Source of the DNA: Macrostomum lignano
Taxonomy: Eukaryota
Direction of reading: 5' to 3'
Length of the DNA stretch: 64,000 nucleotides
Assembly: GCA_002269645.1 (NCBI GenBank)
Contig: NIVC01003437.1
Span: 1 to 64,000 of the forward strand
Shown here one piece after another: positions 63,502 through 64,000 of the stretch. Numbering within the stretch: the first letter of the stretch is position 1; each line of letters opens with the position of its first letter. Under the pieces are notes generated by a model. It saw only the letters and a list, made by a program, of their open reading frames with translations, was not told the DNA's origin and ran no database searches. The translations under genes were made by a program, and so were the position numbers.

Positions 63502-63645
63502 TCTACTAATACTAAAACTGACGCGATGTTTGTGTGTCTGTCTGTTGCAAGTGAACTCCTACAATTCTGCCAAGTCAGCGTCGAAACTTATATGGGAAAA
63601 CTGCAAATTTTCCGGAGCAGGCTTTAGGCTATTTTAATTTTTAAT
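63502..63645 (+). mobile_element. Second copy of the Helitron-like 5' end repeat
   Basis: TCTACTAATACTAAAACTGACGCGATG..., colinear with 61098-61270. Confidence 0.55.
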
Positions 63646-63789
63646 TTTCTCACTAGCAATCTTCGCCCCCCGATGGGGGACATCTGGATAGAATCTCTGT
63701 TTTCTAAAGTAACAAAAAGACAGCCAAAAATCCTTCAAAAAGACAACAGACAAACTGCTCAAATGAAGTGCATTGCAAAAAGAAATCAT

Positions 63790-64000
63790 CCCAAGACTGC
63801 AAGCATCCCCCAGATAGCAAGCATCCCCTAGATAGCAAGCATCCCCAAGATGGCAAGCATCCCCCAGATAGCAAGCATCCCCCAGATTGCAAGCATCCCC
63901 CAGATAGCAAGCATCCCCAAGATAGCAAGCATCCCTCAGATAGCAAGCATCCCCCAGATAGCAAGCATCCCCCAGATAGCAAGCATCCCCCAGATAGCAA
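63790..64000. repeat. 18-bp minisatellite GATAGCAAGCATCCCCCA running off the window end
   Basis: Directly visible. Confidence 0.95.

Noticed and set aside
63704-64000. MLSGGCLLSGGC ORF
   Set aside because: Translation of the 18-bp minisatellite.

Overview
Repeat-rich eukaryotic (animal) DNA with GT-AG introns; no prokaryotic operons, rRNA, functional tRNA or CRISPR array. The style (GC-rich exons, many minisatellites, a divergent TRP channel) suggests a free-living flatworm such as Macrostomum, but that is inference. From left to right: (i) a Helentron/Helitron2-type Rep-PIF1 element whose 3' end carries a 4.7-kb 15-bp satellite; (ii) a five-member cluster of a 3-exon secreted PAN/Apple + LamG/ConA-like gene family (three apparently intact, two broken), in which most of exon 1 and exon 2 is almost invariant while exon 3 falls into two very divergent types; (iii) a 5'-truncated RT+RNase H LINE; (iv) a 512-aa orphan protein with alternating 33/28-aa repeats; (v) two solo-LTR families, three copies bounded by 4-bp TSDs, plus a CORE-type SINE, a MITE, and Gypsy gag-pro and Tc1 remnants; (vi) a 2-exon secreted fibrinogen-domain gene; (vii) the 3' four exons of a SPATA48-like gene; (viii) a TRP channel joining recently amplified ankyrin repeats to a TRPM-type pore. 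Many frameshifts are single-base -1 shifts without nonsense codons, so some may be assembly errors. All family assignments come from motif recognition by eye; no searches were run.
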